The translations under genes were made by a program, and so were the position numbers. 64,000 bases of DNA from Acidobacteriota bacterium (lineage in GTDB: Bacteria; Acidobacteriota; Aminicenantia; UBA2199): positions 21,980 to 85,979 of the forward strand of contig JALOLA010000004.1 in assembly GCA_025456205.1 (NCBI GenBank), written 5' to 3'. The notes under the pieces were generated by a model. It ran no database searches, was not told where the DNA came from, and saw only the letters and a program-made list of their open reading frames with translations. Of the stretch, positions 44,613-54,928 are shown piece after piece. Within the stretch, counting starts at the first letter, position 1, and each line of letters opens with the position of its first letter.

Positions 44613-45136
44613 GCCTGTCCCATTTCATCCGCCGTTTCCTGGTGCCGCGCTGGGGCATCTCGCTTTACTATTTCCTGAAGTTCCGCTGCAAGGTGAGCGG
44701 GCGTGCCGAGGTGGACCTGAGCCCGCTGCTGACCATCGGCCGCGGCAGCGAGATCGGCTCCTTCACCAAGATCAAGGCGACCTACGGGCCGCTGCGCATC
44801 GGCCGCGACTGCTCCATCGGCTCCGGCTGCTTCATCTCTTCCGGCGCGGGCGGCCTGGAGATCGGCGACGATTGCCTGATCAGCCCCCGCGTGACCATCC
44901 TGGCCAACAACTACAACTACCGCAGGATGGACGTCCCGATCTGGCGGCAGGGATGCTCCTCCAAGGGGGTGCGTATCGGGGGCAATGTCTGGATCGGCAG
45001 CGGCGCCTGCGTCCTCGACGGTTCGCGCATCGGCTCCGGCGTCATCGTCACCCCCAATTCGGTGGTCTCCGGGAATATCCCCGACGCGGCCATCGTGCAG
45101 GGCAACCCGGCCAAGATCATTTTTACCCGCCGCTAA
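44609..45136 (+). CDS. Hexapeptide-repeat (LbH) acyl/acetyltransferase
   Basis: Tandem hexapeptide repeats IGRDCSIGSGCFISSGAGGLEIGDDCLISPRVTI...IGGNVWIGSGACVLDGSRIGSGVIV. Start overlaps the ACP stop. Confidence 0.8.
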   Translation: MSLSHFIRRFLVPRWGISLYYFLKFRCKVSGRAEVDLSPLLTIGRGSEIGSFTKIKATYGPLRIGRDCSIGSGCFISSGAGGLEIGDDCLISPRVTILANNYNYRRMDVPIWRQGCSSKGVRIGGNVWIGSGACVLDGSRIGSGVIVTPNSVVSGNIPDAAIVQGNPAKIIFTRR

Positions 45137-45711
45137 AATTCCCGCTCCTGGCGCGCCCGGCGCTTTTTCTCCAGTCGGCGGCGGAGCAGGGCCATGGCCA
45201 GCGCCAGGCCGCCCAGGATGAGGATCTCGCGCAACGCGGCGTTCAGGTTGTGGCCGCTGAAAAGGCTGGCCAGGAAATCATGGCTGTGCTGCGAGCGGGT
45301 GACATTGATGAAGACGGGATCGGCGGCGATGAAATAACGGCTCGAAAAGGGCCAGAACAGGGGCAGGCCGTACGGGGCAACGAAATCCATGGCGAAAAAA
45401 TCGAGCAGCAAGTGGAAATAGTATACCAGGAAGATCCCGGAGGCCGTCGCCCAGTAGCTTTTCCTGTTCAGGCAAAATATCCAGCCGCCGACGATCGCCA
45501 GCGCCAGGGCGGCGCCCAGGCTGTGGAAGATGCCGTGGTGGTACAGGCTGGGGCGGCCCATGATGATGCCGGGCAGGAAGTCGGCATCGGGCAGGTTGGC
45601 CAGGAAAACGAAGAACAGGGCGTCGTGCCAGCGATTGGCGAAGAACAGGGCCGGGCGGGCCTGGCGCATGGCGATCCCGGCCAGGGCGTGCCCGATGGGC
45701 AGGGGCATCGT
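45133..45711 (-). CDS. YdjM/DUF457-like membrane-bound metal-dependent hydrolase
   Basis: MPLPIGHALAG N-terminus and His-rich TM segments (YHHGIFHSLGAAL, YYFHLLLDFF) typical of DUF457. Confidence 0.55.
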   Translation of the reverse strand, partial: TMPLPIGHALAGIAMRQARPALFFANRWHDALFFVFLANLPDADFLPGIIMGRPSLYHHGIFHSLGAALALAIVGGWIFCLNRKSYWATASGIFLVYYFHLLLDFFAMDFVAPYGLPLFWPFSSRYFIAADPVFINVTRSQHSHDFLASLFSGHNLNAALREILILGGLALAMALLRRRLEKKRRARQEREF

Positions 45712-45712
45712 C

Positions 45713-47205
45713 TCAGGGCTGGGCCTTGAGCAGGCCTTGCACCCGGTCGCATTCCTGCTGCCAGCGCAGGTCGCTCCAGGGGAACAGGGGGCGCAGGTGC
45801 GGCAGCAGCTCCATGACGCGCCGGCGGTTCTCTCCCAGTCCGCCGCGGCGGAACAGCAGGTCGTCCAGGTGCACGACCGCTTCCTCCGCCAGCAGCATGC
45901 GGATGTCGGCGGCCGCTGAGCTGGCAAGGGGAGCCGTCCAGTCGTAGGCGAGGAAGCAGCGCCCCGAGTTGGCATCCGCCGGCGGCGCCAGCGGGGACCT
46001 CGCCTTGCTGGCAGGGAAGATCCGGCGCATGGCCTTCGCGGCCACCAGGCGCGCGGTCGTATACTTGACCCCGGACACGCTGAACAGCCCGGCCGGGCCC
46101 TGGTGCTCGCCATGGGCCAGGATCACTTCGCGCCCGGCCAGCTTGCCCGAGGGAGTGGCGGGGAGCACTCCGGAATACACGTGCTCGATGTCCTGTTCGC
46201 CGAGGGAGAGGTCGGGAACGGCTTCGTTGAGGTCGGCGATGAATTCGGCGATGTCGGCCGGCCGCGGCGACGGCTCGGTCGCGTCGTCGGCGAGCAGCAC
46301 CTCGCCGGTGCCGGCCAGCATGCGCTCCTGCCAGTTGTGGACGAAATACGCGCGCTCGGGGCGTCCGGGCGGGATCAGGGCCAGGGCGTGCCCGCTCAGG
46401 GCCCTTTTCTTGAACAGGATGTTGAATAGCAGCAGGCGCCGGCGGAAAAGCCCGGGGAAGTCCTGGTGGAATTTCTGCGCCAGTTCGCGGCACCAGGGGC
46501 CGGCGGCGTTGACGACCACCGGGGCGCGGAATTCCAGGCTCTGCCCGCTCACGACATCGGCGGCCAGCACTCCCCGCACCTGGCCCTGGTGCAGGAGCAG
46601 GCTGTCCGCGCGCACGTAGTTCAGGGCGGTGGCGCCCAGGGAGCACGCCCAGCGCAGGATCTCCATCAGCAGGCGCTGGTGCTCGGGCATGGCGGCATCG
46701 TACCACAGGGCCCCGCCTTTGAGGCCGTCGCCATCGACCGCCGGGAAGATCGCGCGCACCGCGCGCCGGTCGACCACTTTGCCGGGCCCCAGCCGCTGGG
46801 CTGCGGCGACGCCGAAGTTGCGCCGCGCCCCCAGCACGTCGTTGAGCAGCAGGGCGGCGCGCATGATGCTGGGGCGCTTGAGCCCGCGCCCGTACAGCGG
46901 CATCAGGCAGGGCAGCACGCGGACCAAGGCGGGGAAGTTGCGCAGGAACCAGCGCCGCTCGGCCACCGACTCGAAAAATCGCGGCAGGTCGAGCGATTGC
47001 AGGTAACGCAGGCCACCGTGCACGGTGCGCAGGTGGTTGAGGCTGGTGGCGCCGCCGAAATCGTCTTTTTCCAGCAGCAGCGCCCGCTGGCCGCGCTTGC
47101 CGGCTTCCAGGGCCAGCATGACCCCGTAGATGCCGCCGCCGGCGATGATCAGGTCGAACCGGGATGAGGCTGCCGCGGGCACGTCTCTGCTTATGGATGC
47201 CATGA
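45713..47205 (-). CDS. FAD-dependent oxidoreductase, glycerol-3-phosphate dehydrogenase/oxidase-like (DAO family)
   Basis: FDLIIAGGGIYGVMLALEAGKRG (GxGxxG Rossmann), NHLRTVHGGLRYL and a GlpA/GlpD-like C-terminal region. ATG at 47205. Confidence 0.7.
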
Positions 47206-47243
47206 TTGTCCTTGATCCTCGCTTGGCGCCGGCCGGGCCGGGC

Positions 47244-48827
47244 TCATCTGATCTTTTTCTTCGCCAGGGGCGCCGGGGCGGCGGACGACGAGGCGGGAGC
47301 GGAAAAAGCGCTGCGACGGTCGCCCTTGTCGACGGTCTGGACGCGGAAATATACCTGGGGCAGGAAAGGGAAAAGGTTGAAGGTGCAGTAGCTGGCGGGC
47401 GTGTCCAGCGCATAGGACAGCGCTTGGGGCTGCAGCCCGAATTCGACGCGAAAATGGCTGAAGTCGGACTCATGGTTGACGTTCCAGGACGCCGTCCGGC
47501 TCAGCGTGTTCAGGGGATCGACCACCGTCACGCCGCCGGGGGCCAGCGGCGGGAACTGGGCCAGGGCATTGGCGAAGAGCCCGGCGATCACGCTGTGCCC
47601 GGTCTCGTTGGGGTGGTTGCCCTTGCTGACCCCGGGGATGATGGTCTCCAGCAGGGTTTTCCAGCCGTCCGGGGGATCGGTTTTCATGAAGGCGTCCAGG
47701 GTGTCGATGGCGGCCACTCCCTTGTCACCGGCAAGCTCCAGTATGCCGGCGCTGAGGGCATACAAATTGTCCCAGTAGTACTGGTACAGGGAGATGTAGT
47801 CCTTGCGCGGGGTCAGGGTTGTGACGATCACGCGCATGCCGCGGTCCAGGGCGGCATCGATCATGAATTCGATGCTTTCCAGGGAGCTGGCCAGGGAAAA
47901 ATCGGCCCTCCAGACGTCGTTGACCCCGTAAAAAAGGAGAAAATAAAACCCGGGGTTCCCGTCCAGGTCGCTGTTCACGCGCTCGGCGCCCTGGGAGGTC
48001 TGGGTGCCGCCCACGCCCAGGTTGACCGGGATGGCGGCGCCGTAGACCGGCGGCAGGTAGATGTCGCGCATCTGCGTCAGGAAGCACAGCTCGGGGCGCA
48101 CCACGCCTTGGATCTGTCCTTCGGTGATGCTGTCGCCGAAGCCGACATAGGTGTTGTAATAATCCGGGCTGAAGGTGGTCGCGCCTTTTTTTCTCCAGGA
48201 AGTGGACCGTTCCTCCCGCAGCAGCGAGGTTTGCCTGCTGCCGGGATCGAAGCGATAGCTGTTCCTGCCGCGCAGGTGACTGGTTTCGAATTCCAGAAAT
48301 CCGTCCGTCCACCGGCAGCTAAAGCGCTTTTCGCTGAACGGGGTCCTGGTCAGCTGCGTCAGCGCCCCGCTCCCTGGCTCGTAATGGAAGAGATCTTCAT
48401 TGCCGTCGCGATCGGCCAGAAAGACCAGGGCGTCCAGCCCGCCGTCCTTCTCGACGATCGCGGGCAAGCCGATCGCTGAAAAGCCGCCCAGTGGGAGCTG
48501 GAAGCTGCGCTGGCGGCCGTGGTCGTAATACGCCAGGACGACGCGCTTCTGGCGGTAATTCAGCCAGAATACATAGAAGGTCCCGTTGCCGTGGCGGACC
48601 CCCAGCAGGAGGTTCTCGCCCCTCATCCCGGCGCTCAGGTTCTTTTCGGCCTTTCCCCGCATCCGCAGATCGGCCTGCCCCGGCCGGAAAACGGCATCCA
48701 GCGTGTATGTTGTCCCCTTGAACCGGAACTCCTCGAGGGAAAGCGTGCGGTCGCGGGAGAACAGCTGCAGGGCGGCTGCGGCAGCGATCAGCAGGAAAAA
48801 AATGGCGGTTTTGACTCGGGGTTTCAT
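47244..48827 (-). CDS. Secreted SGNH/GDSL hydrolase with N-terminal beta-propeller-like region
   Basis: Signal peptide. GFGDSITEG (GDS block I), GVND (block III) and DGNHPNETGH (block V DxxH). Confidence 0.75.
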   Translation of the reverse strand: MKPRVKTAIFFLLIAAAAALQLFSRDRTLSLEEFRFKGTTYTLDAVFRPGQADLRMRGKAEKNLSAGMRGENLLLGVRHGNGTFYVFWLNYRQKRVVLAYYDHGRQRSFQLPLGGFSAIGLPAIVEKDGGLDALVFLADRDGNEDLFHYEPGSGALTQLTRTPFSEKRFSCRWTDGFLEFETSHLRGRNSYRFDPGSRQTSLLREERSTSWRKKGATTFSPDYYNTYVGFGDSITEGQIQGVVRPELCFLTQMRDIYLPPVYGAAIPVNLGVGGTQTSQGAERVNSDLDGNPGFYFLLFYGVNDVWRADFSLASSLESIEFMIDAALDRGMRVIVTTLTPRKDYISLYQYYWDNLYALSAGILELAGDKGVAAIDTLDAFMKTDPPDGWKTLLETIIPGVSKGNHPNETGHSVIAGLFANALAQFPPLAPGGVTVVDPLNTLSRTASWNVNHESDFSHFRVEFGLQPQALSYALDTPASYCTFNLFPFLPQVYFRVQTVDKGDRRSAFSAPASSSAAPAPLAKKKIR

Positions 48828-48891
48828 GGTGCATAATTCTAAGGCAATTCCCGCTGCTTGTCAATTTCCCCGGCGCCGGGCCGGGGAGCGC

Positions 48892-48935
48892 TTTACAGGG
48901 GTGGCGCAAGGTCATATAATCCCATGCAACGGGGG
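48892..48935 (+). promoter_or_regulatory. Sigma70-like promoter (TTTACA, 17 nt, TATAAT) embedded in conserved motif TCATATAATCCC-n-GGGGG (copy 2)
   Basis: tttaca at 48892-48897. tataat at 48915-48920 within gtcatataatcccatgcaacgggggc. Precedes the methyltransferase ATG at 48948. Confidence 0.5.
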
Positions 48936-48947
48936 CTGCGAAAACCA

Positions 48948-49919
48948 ATGAACATGAGAGCGCTGGCCGGGACCATCCTGCCGAAAAAACTGAAGTATTT
49001 CCTCGGGCGCAACCTGCTGAAGCTGAAGCAGACCGCCTCGGTGTGGGACCAGGTGGAAACGGCGAAGGCCAGCGAGTACTGGTGGAATTTTCCGGCGGTG
49101 CGTGCCGTCAATCAGAAACGTATCACCGGGGACCCCGGCCTCAGCTGGTACACCTGGCAGATCGCCAGGCGGGAGCGGCCTTTCGGCCGGGTACTGGCTT
49201 TCGGCGACGGCAAAGGCATGGCCGCCGAGGCGGCCTTGACGAAGAGGGACACCAGCGAGGTCGTCTATGTGAATATCTCGCACGAGGAATGCCGGCGTTT
49301 CGACGATCTGTTCTCCGACAATGGCATCGCGGTTCCCCATCGCTGCATCGTCGCCGACGCCAATCACTATGACTATCGCCCGCTCGGGCGCTTCGATACG
49401 ATCATCTCCGTCGGCCTGTTCCATCACATGAACGATTTCGGAGCGCTTTTCCCGCAGCTGAACGATGTCCTGGCCGATGCGGGCACCTTGTATGCCGACG
49501 AGTTCACCGGGCCGTCGCAATGGCGGTACGAAGGCAGGATCGTCGCTCTGGTGAACGACCTCCTGGGCGCCTTGCCCGCCGCGCTGGTGCTGGACCGCGG
49601 CAGGGTGCAGGGGCAGGATTTTCATCGGCTGTGGAAAATCTGCGGCGACCCTTCCGAGAGCGTTCGTTCCGGCGAGCTGCACGCCGCGCTGCTCGACAAT
49701 TTTTCTGTGCGGGAAACGGCCCATTTCGGCGGCAGCGTGCTTTTCCCCCTGTTCCAGACGACCTATATGACCCCCCGGCGCCTGAACGTACCGAACTGGC
49801 ATGAGACCGCTGAAGGCCGGGCCGAGATCGCGCGGCTGGCGGTTTGGGAAGAGGGCCTGATCGGATCGGGGGAGGTCCCGCCGCACTTCCGTTATTACGT
49901 TCTCGGCAAGAAGGCGTGA
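48948..49919 (+). CDS. Class I SAM-dependent methyltransferase
   Basis: Motif I VLAFGDGKG (GxGxG-like) and post-I acidic YVNISHEE. Start chosen at ATG 48948; an alternative is 48924. Confidence 0.65.
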   Translation: MNMRALAGTILPKKLKYFLGRNLLKLKQTASVWDQVETAKASEYWWNFPAVRAVNQKRITGDPGLSWYTWQIARRERPFGRVLAFGDGKGMAAEAALTKRDTSEVVYVNISHEECRRFDDLFSDNGIAVPHRCIVADANHYDYRPLGRFDTIISVGLFHHMNDFGALFPQLNDVLADAGTLYADEFTGPSQWRYEGRIVALVNDLLGALPAALVLDRGRVQGQDFHRLWKICGDPSESVRSGELHAALLDNFSVRETAHFGGSVLFPLFQTTYMTPRRLNVPNWHETAEGRAEIARLAVWEEGLIGSGEVPPHFRYYVLGKKA

Positions 49920-49929
49920 CCGCGACCGC

Positions 49930-51477
49930 TCACTGCCGGCACAGTTCCAGCCCCAGCCCCCAGGAAAAGCGGCGCAGCTCGTCATTGCTGCCGTTGACGA
50001 AATCAAGGCTGACCTGGGTGGTGAGGTTGAGCCGGTGGCTCAGCGCCCAGGCCAGGCCGAATCCCGGCTCCACCACCAGGGACAGGAGCTTGTCCAGCTC
50101 GTCTTCCTTGCTCTTGTACATGAAGCCGGCGACGGTCCGCAGCCGCAACCCGAGCCGGCCTTTCTCCAGCACCGCATAATCGACGGCCAGGCCCCAGAAC
50201 GGCGGGCGGCTGTTCGCTTCCGGTCCGATGCGGCCGAAACCGACCAGGCCGAACGCCAGGGAGCGCCCAAGCCTCGTTCCCAGCTGCATGCCGGGCATGA
50301 ACGTCCAGTGGCCCTCGTAGCGCGACAGCTTGCCGTAAAAATGGGCGTAGAAGTGAAGCCTTTTTTTCGCTTCCGGCCAGCCCTGGTCCCTGACCTTCCG
50401 GTCGCCGCGGGCGATGGCGTCGATGATCTCCGTCGGGCTGAACTGCCCGCCGCCCAGTTCCATTTTTTCGCCGGCCGCCAGCTCCACTTCGGCTTCGCGG
50501 ATGTCGCCCTCGCCGACCGCGATCAGCCGGTAGCGCCCCCGGCTCAGCCCCAGCGCCATCTCCGCGTCCCGGGGCTTCTGGAACTCCATGACCAGGGCGT
50601 TGGTCCGGTCATGGACGAAGATGCGGCCGGCCACTTCCCGGGCGAGGAGCAGGACCGCTTCGCTTCGGCGCACGTCGGTGATGACCACGTCGCCCGTCCC
50701 CGACATCTGGATATTGTAGCTGGGATGCTGCGGGCCATGGACCGTCTTTTCCGTCTGGCGCAGGGTCTCGTTGAAGGCGTACTGGTACGCTTCGCTCAGG
50801 GTGACGCGGCCGTCCCGCGAAGCGTCGGCGGCGCCATGCAGCCCGGTGATCAGGGTGCGGGTGAAAAAGGAGCCGCGCAGGCGCTCGGATTCCTGGGAGG
50901 CCTCGTCGGCCGAGCTGGAGGTCATGACCGCGAAGCCCTTCATGTCGTTGGCGGCGTCGAACAGGAACGGCGGGCGCTTCTGGCCGCCCTTGGCGCGGAT
51001 GAAGGAGCCCGAGGCGCACGAGTCGAGAATGGCGATGCGCACGTCGGCTGCCAGGGATTGCAGCCGGTCGCGCAGTTCGCGGTAGGAGACCTTGTCGCGG
51101 CCAAGCAGCAGGTTGTCCTGGTCGGAGTGGCCGGAGTAATAGAGGAACACTTCCAGGCGGGAGTGCAGCGGACGCAGGCGCTCGATGCGCTGCCGCAGCC
51201 GCCCCGCTTCCCATAGCAGCGTTTCCCGGCTTGGCTCCACCAACAGCCGGCTGTCGTCGGCGGCAACTCCGCCCAGGTTTTCCAGCACCTGGATCACGGC
51301 CATGGCATCGGAAACGGCGTAACGCAGACGCTCGCGGCCCGGGCCTCCATCGTTGGCGCCGATGACCAGGGCCAGGCGGCGGATGGCATTCCCGGCCGGC
51401 TCCGTCCCGGCGCCGGGAAGCCGGGACGCGGAAGCCAGCAGGGCGCAGAAGATCAGGGTCGACGCCTTGAGCCGCAT
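49930..51477 (-). CDS. Caspase (peptidase C14) domain protein with C-terminal beta-barrel-like domain, secreted
   Basis: Signal peptide. Catalytic dyad context YYSGHS (His) and DSCASGS (Cys) is typical of C14. C-terminal 150 aa has alternating beta pattern. Confidence 0.75.
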   Translation of the reverse strand: MRLKASTLIFCALLASASRLPGAGTEPAGNAIRRLALVIGANDGGPGRERLRYAVSDAMAVIQVLENLGGVAADDSRLLVEPSRETLLWEAGRLRQRIERLRPLHSRLEVFLYYSGHSDQDNLLLGRDKVSYRELRDRLQSLAADVRIAILDSCASGSFIRAKGGQKRPPFLFDAANDMKGFAVMTSSSADEASQESERLRGSFFTRTLITGLHGAADASRDGRVTLSEAYQYAFNETLRQTEKTVHGPQHPSYNIQMSGTGDVVITDVRRSEAVLLLAREVAGRIFVHDRTNALVMEFQKPRDAEMALGLSRGRYRLIAVGEGDIREAEVELAAGEKMELGGGQFSPTEIIDAIARGDRKVRDQGWPEAKKRLHFYAHFYGKLSRYEGHWTFMPGMQLGTRLGRSLAFGLVGFGRIGPEANSRPPFWGLAVDYAVLEKGRLGLRLRTVAGFMYKSKEDELDKLLSLVVEPGFGLAWALSHRLNLTTQVSLDFVNGSNDELRRFSWGLGLELCRQ

Positions 51478-51484
51478 GCGCGCC

Positions 51485-52285
51485 TCACTTGCGGACCAGG
51501 AAGGCGAGCTGGGCGAAGCGCGCGGGCAGGTCCAGCGGCCCGGTCATGGCCCGCTCGCGATCGGCGGCCAGCGTGCCGGCTTTTTCCAGGATCATGACCG
51601 TGGGCAGCGGCTCCCTGGCGGTGATGAAGAAGAAGCGCTCGAAACGCGGCGCCTGGTCCAGCTCGAAGGAATTGGCGAGGAGGGTGCGCCGGCCGCCTTC
51701 CAGGGTGGTGTCGCACTCCGCGCAGGCGGGGAAATGCAGGGTGACGCCGCCGGCGCCGTCGATGGAAAGGATGACGCCGTGCCTGGCGCGGCCTGGAAGG
51801 TAGGCCAGCTGCAGCACGTCGCCGGCCTGCGCCCGGTCGCCGCTGCGCAGGGCTTCTTCCGCGCCGCTGCGCTGGAGGAAGACCTGCAGCGCCGGCCCGG
51901 CCTGGGGCGCGCCGCCCTTTATGCCGGTGTATTCGCCGGGATCTTCGGCCACTCCCAAACGGCGCTGCAGCAGCGGCGGCACGATGACCAGCAGGAGCAC
52001 GGCCGTGGCCAGGGCCGGGACCGCTACCCAGGCCAGGCTCCGGCGGCGCGCGGGCGCCGGCTCCGTGCGGGCCAGTCGGGCCCGGCTGAGTATCTGCGGG
52101 ATGATCTGCTCGGCAGGATAGGCGCTGAGGAACTGGCGGTCGGCCGCGCGCAGCTTGTCCAGCTCGGCGCGCAGGCCGGCATCCTGCTCCAGCCGCCTTT
52201 CCATCCGCCGGCGCTCCTTGCGCGGCAGCTCGTCCAGGAGGTAGCGCTCCAGCATCCAGTCCGGCACGGGCGTTTCCTTGTTCAC
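51485..52285 (-). CDS. Anti-sigma factor (single TM, N-terminal sigma-binding domain)
   Basis: N-terminus PDWMLERYLLDELP is the classic anti-sigma start. TM WVAVPALATAVLLLVIV. Immediately downstream of the ECF sigma gene. Confidence 0.7.
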   Translation of the reverse strand: MNKETPVPDWMLERYLLDELPRKERRRMERRLEQDAGLRAELDKLRAADRQFLSAYPAEQIIPQILSRARLARTEPAPARRRSLAWVAVPALATAVLLLVIVPPLLQRRLGVAEDPGEYTGIKGGAPQAGPALQVFLQRSGAEEALRSGDRAQAGDVLQLAYLPGRARHGVILSIDGAGGVTLHFPACAECDTTLEGGRRTLLANSFELDQAPRFERFFFITAREPLPTVMILEKAGTLAADRERAMTGPLDLPARFAQLAFLVRK

Positions 52286-52286
52286 T

Positions 52287-52790
52287 TCACTCCTCCTGGG
52301 TTGCCGCGGTCAGGGCGCGGGCGCGGAAATCGCGCAGGCGCTTGCGCACTCCGGAAACCGACATGCGGGCCTCGCGGGCCACTTGCTGAAAGGTCATGCC
52401 ATCGACGAAATGCAGCACGGCCATCTCCCGCGTCGACGGCTGCTCGCGGCGGAAGAGGCGCTCCAGTATCACCGTGGCCAGAGTTCGCGTTTCCTGCTCG
52501 GCGCAGCAGGCGATGCGGCACAGAATGTCCTCGCCGGCATCGGTCTTGTGGCTCTTGCGCTCGCGGATGACGTTGAGGCAGACGTTGGTGGCGATGCGAT
52601 AGAGCAGGCTCGAGGGATAGCGGCCGTGCAGCCGCTGCTGATGCGTCAGCAGGCGCACGAAGACGTCCTGCATGGCGTCGACCGCCTGCTCCTCGTTGGC
52701 GAGCAGCCGGCGGCAGCGGCGCAGCACCATCGGCGCGTAGCGGCGATAGAGCTGCTCGACATCGATGGCGATCGTTCCGTCCTCGGCCAT
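52287..52790 (-). CDS. RNA polymerase ECF-type sigma-70 factor
   Basis: Region 2 (YRRYAPMVLRRCRRLL, DVFVRL) and region 4 HTH (REMAVLHFVDGMTFQQVAREARMSVSGVRKRL). Confidence 0.85.
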   Translation of the reverse strand: MAEDGTIAIDVEQLYRRYAPMVLRRCRRLLANEEQAVDAMQDVFVRLLTHQQRLHGRYPSSLLYRIATNVCLNVIRERKSHKTDAGEDILCRIACCAEQETRTLATVILERLFRREQPSTREMAVLHFVDGMTFQQVAREARMSVSGVRKRLRDFRARALTAATQEE

Positions 52791-52919
52791 GCTGGGTTTC
52801 CCTTGTCTCTTCCATGACCAGTATAACACAAATGGAAAATTACCATGTCACCGGCCCCTGCCATTCTCGATCGGTGGCGCTTTTTCCCCGGTCGGGTGTT
52901 CCAGTGCCAGGAGGTTCGA

Positions 52920-53159
52920 ATGAACATCCGTTCCAGTTGGCCGCTGCGGCTGCTTTTCTTCTCCCTGATCCTGTGCGCCGCCGCCGTTCACGCGGACGCC
53001 GGCGGGCCATTGAAATTCACGAGCCTGCTGGGGGAGGTTGCCGCCGGGGCCCACGCTCTGGGGGTTCCGGACGTCAAAATACGGCCGGTCTTTGCTCCCG
53101 GCAGCAGAGCCAAATCCCAGATGCGTTTCAATATAAATGTGCTGTGCGTAGAACTGTAA
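52920..53159 (+). CDS. Hypothetical small secreted protein (79 aa)
   Basis: Signal peptide MNIRSSWPLRLLFFSLILCAAAVHA. Divergent from the ECF sigma operon. Confidence 0.4.
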   Translation: MNIRSSWPLRLLFFSLILCAAAVHADAGGPLKFTSLLGEVAAGAHALGVPDVKIRPVFAPGSRAKSQMRFNINVLCVEL

Positions 53160-53196
53160 TGCTACTGCAGGGGGGCGGGCAAAGGCGTGGCCGCGC

Positions 53197-54891
<1,695 letters not shown>

Positions 54892-54928
54892 GTTGTTCCT
54901 CTCTTGATTGGATCGATCCGCTCACGGT

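Noticed and set aside
45468-48479. 412-aa - ORF (45468..46706), 233-aa + ORF (46466..47167), 449-aa + ORF (47130..48479)
   Set aside because: Alternate or antisense frames of the GlpA-like and SGNH hydrolase genes, which carry a clear Rossmann motif and GDSL blocks respectively.
50035-51216. 393-aa + ORF
   Set aside because: Antisense to the caspase-domain gene.
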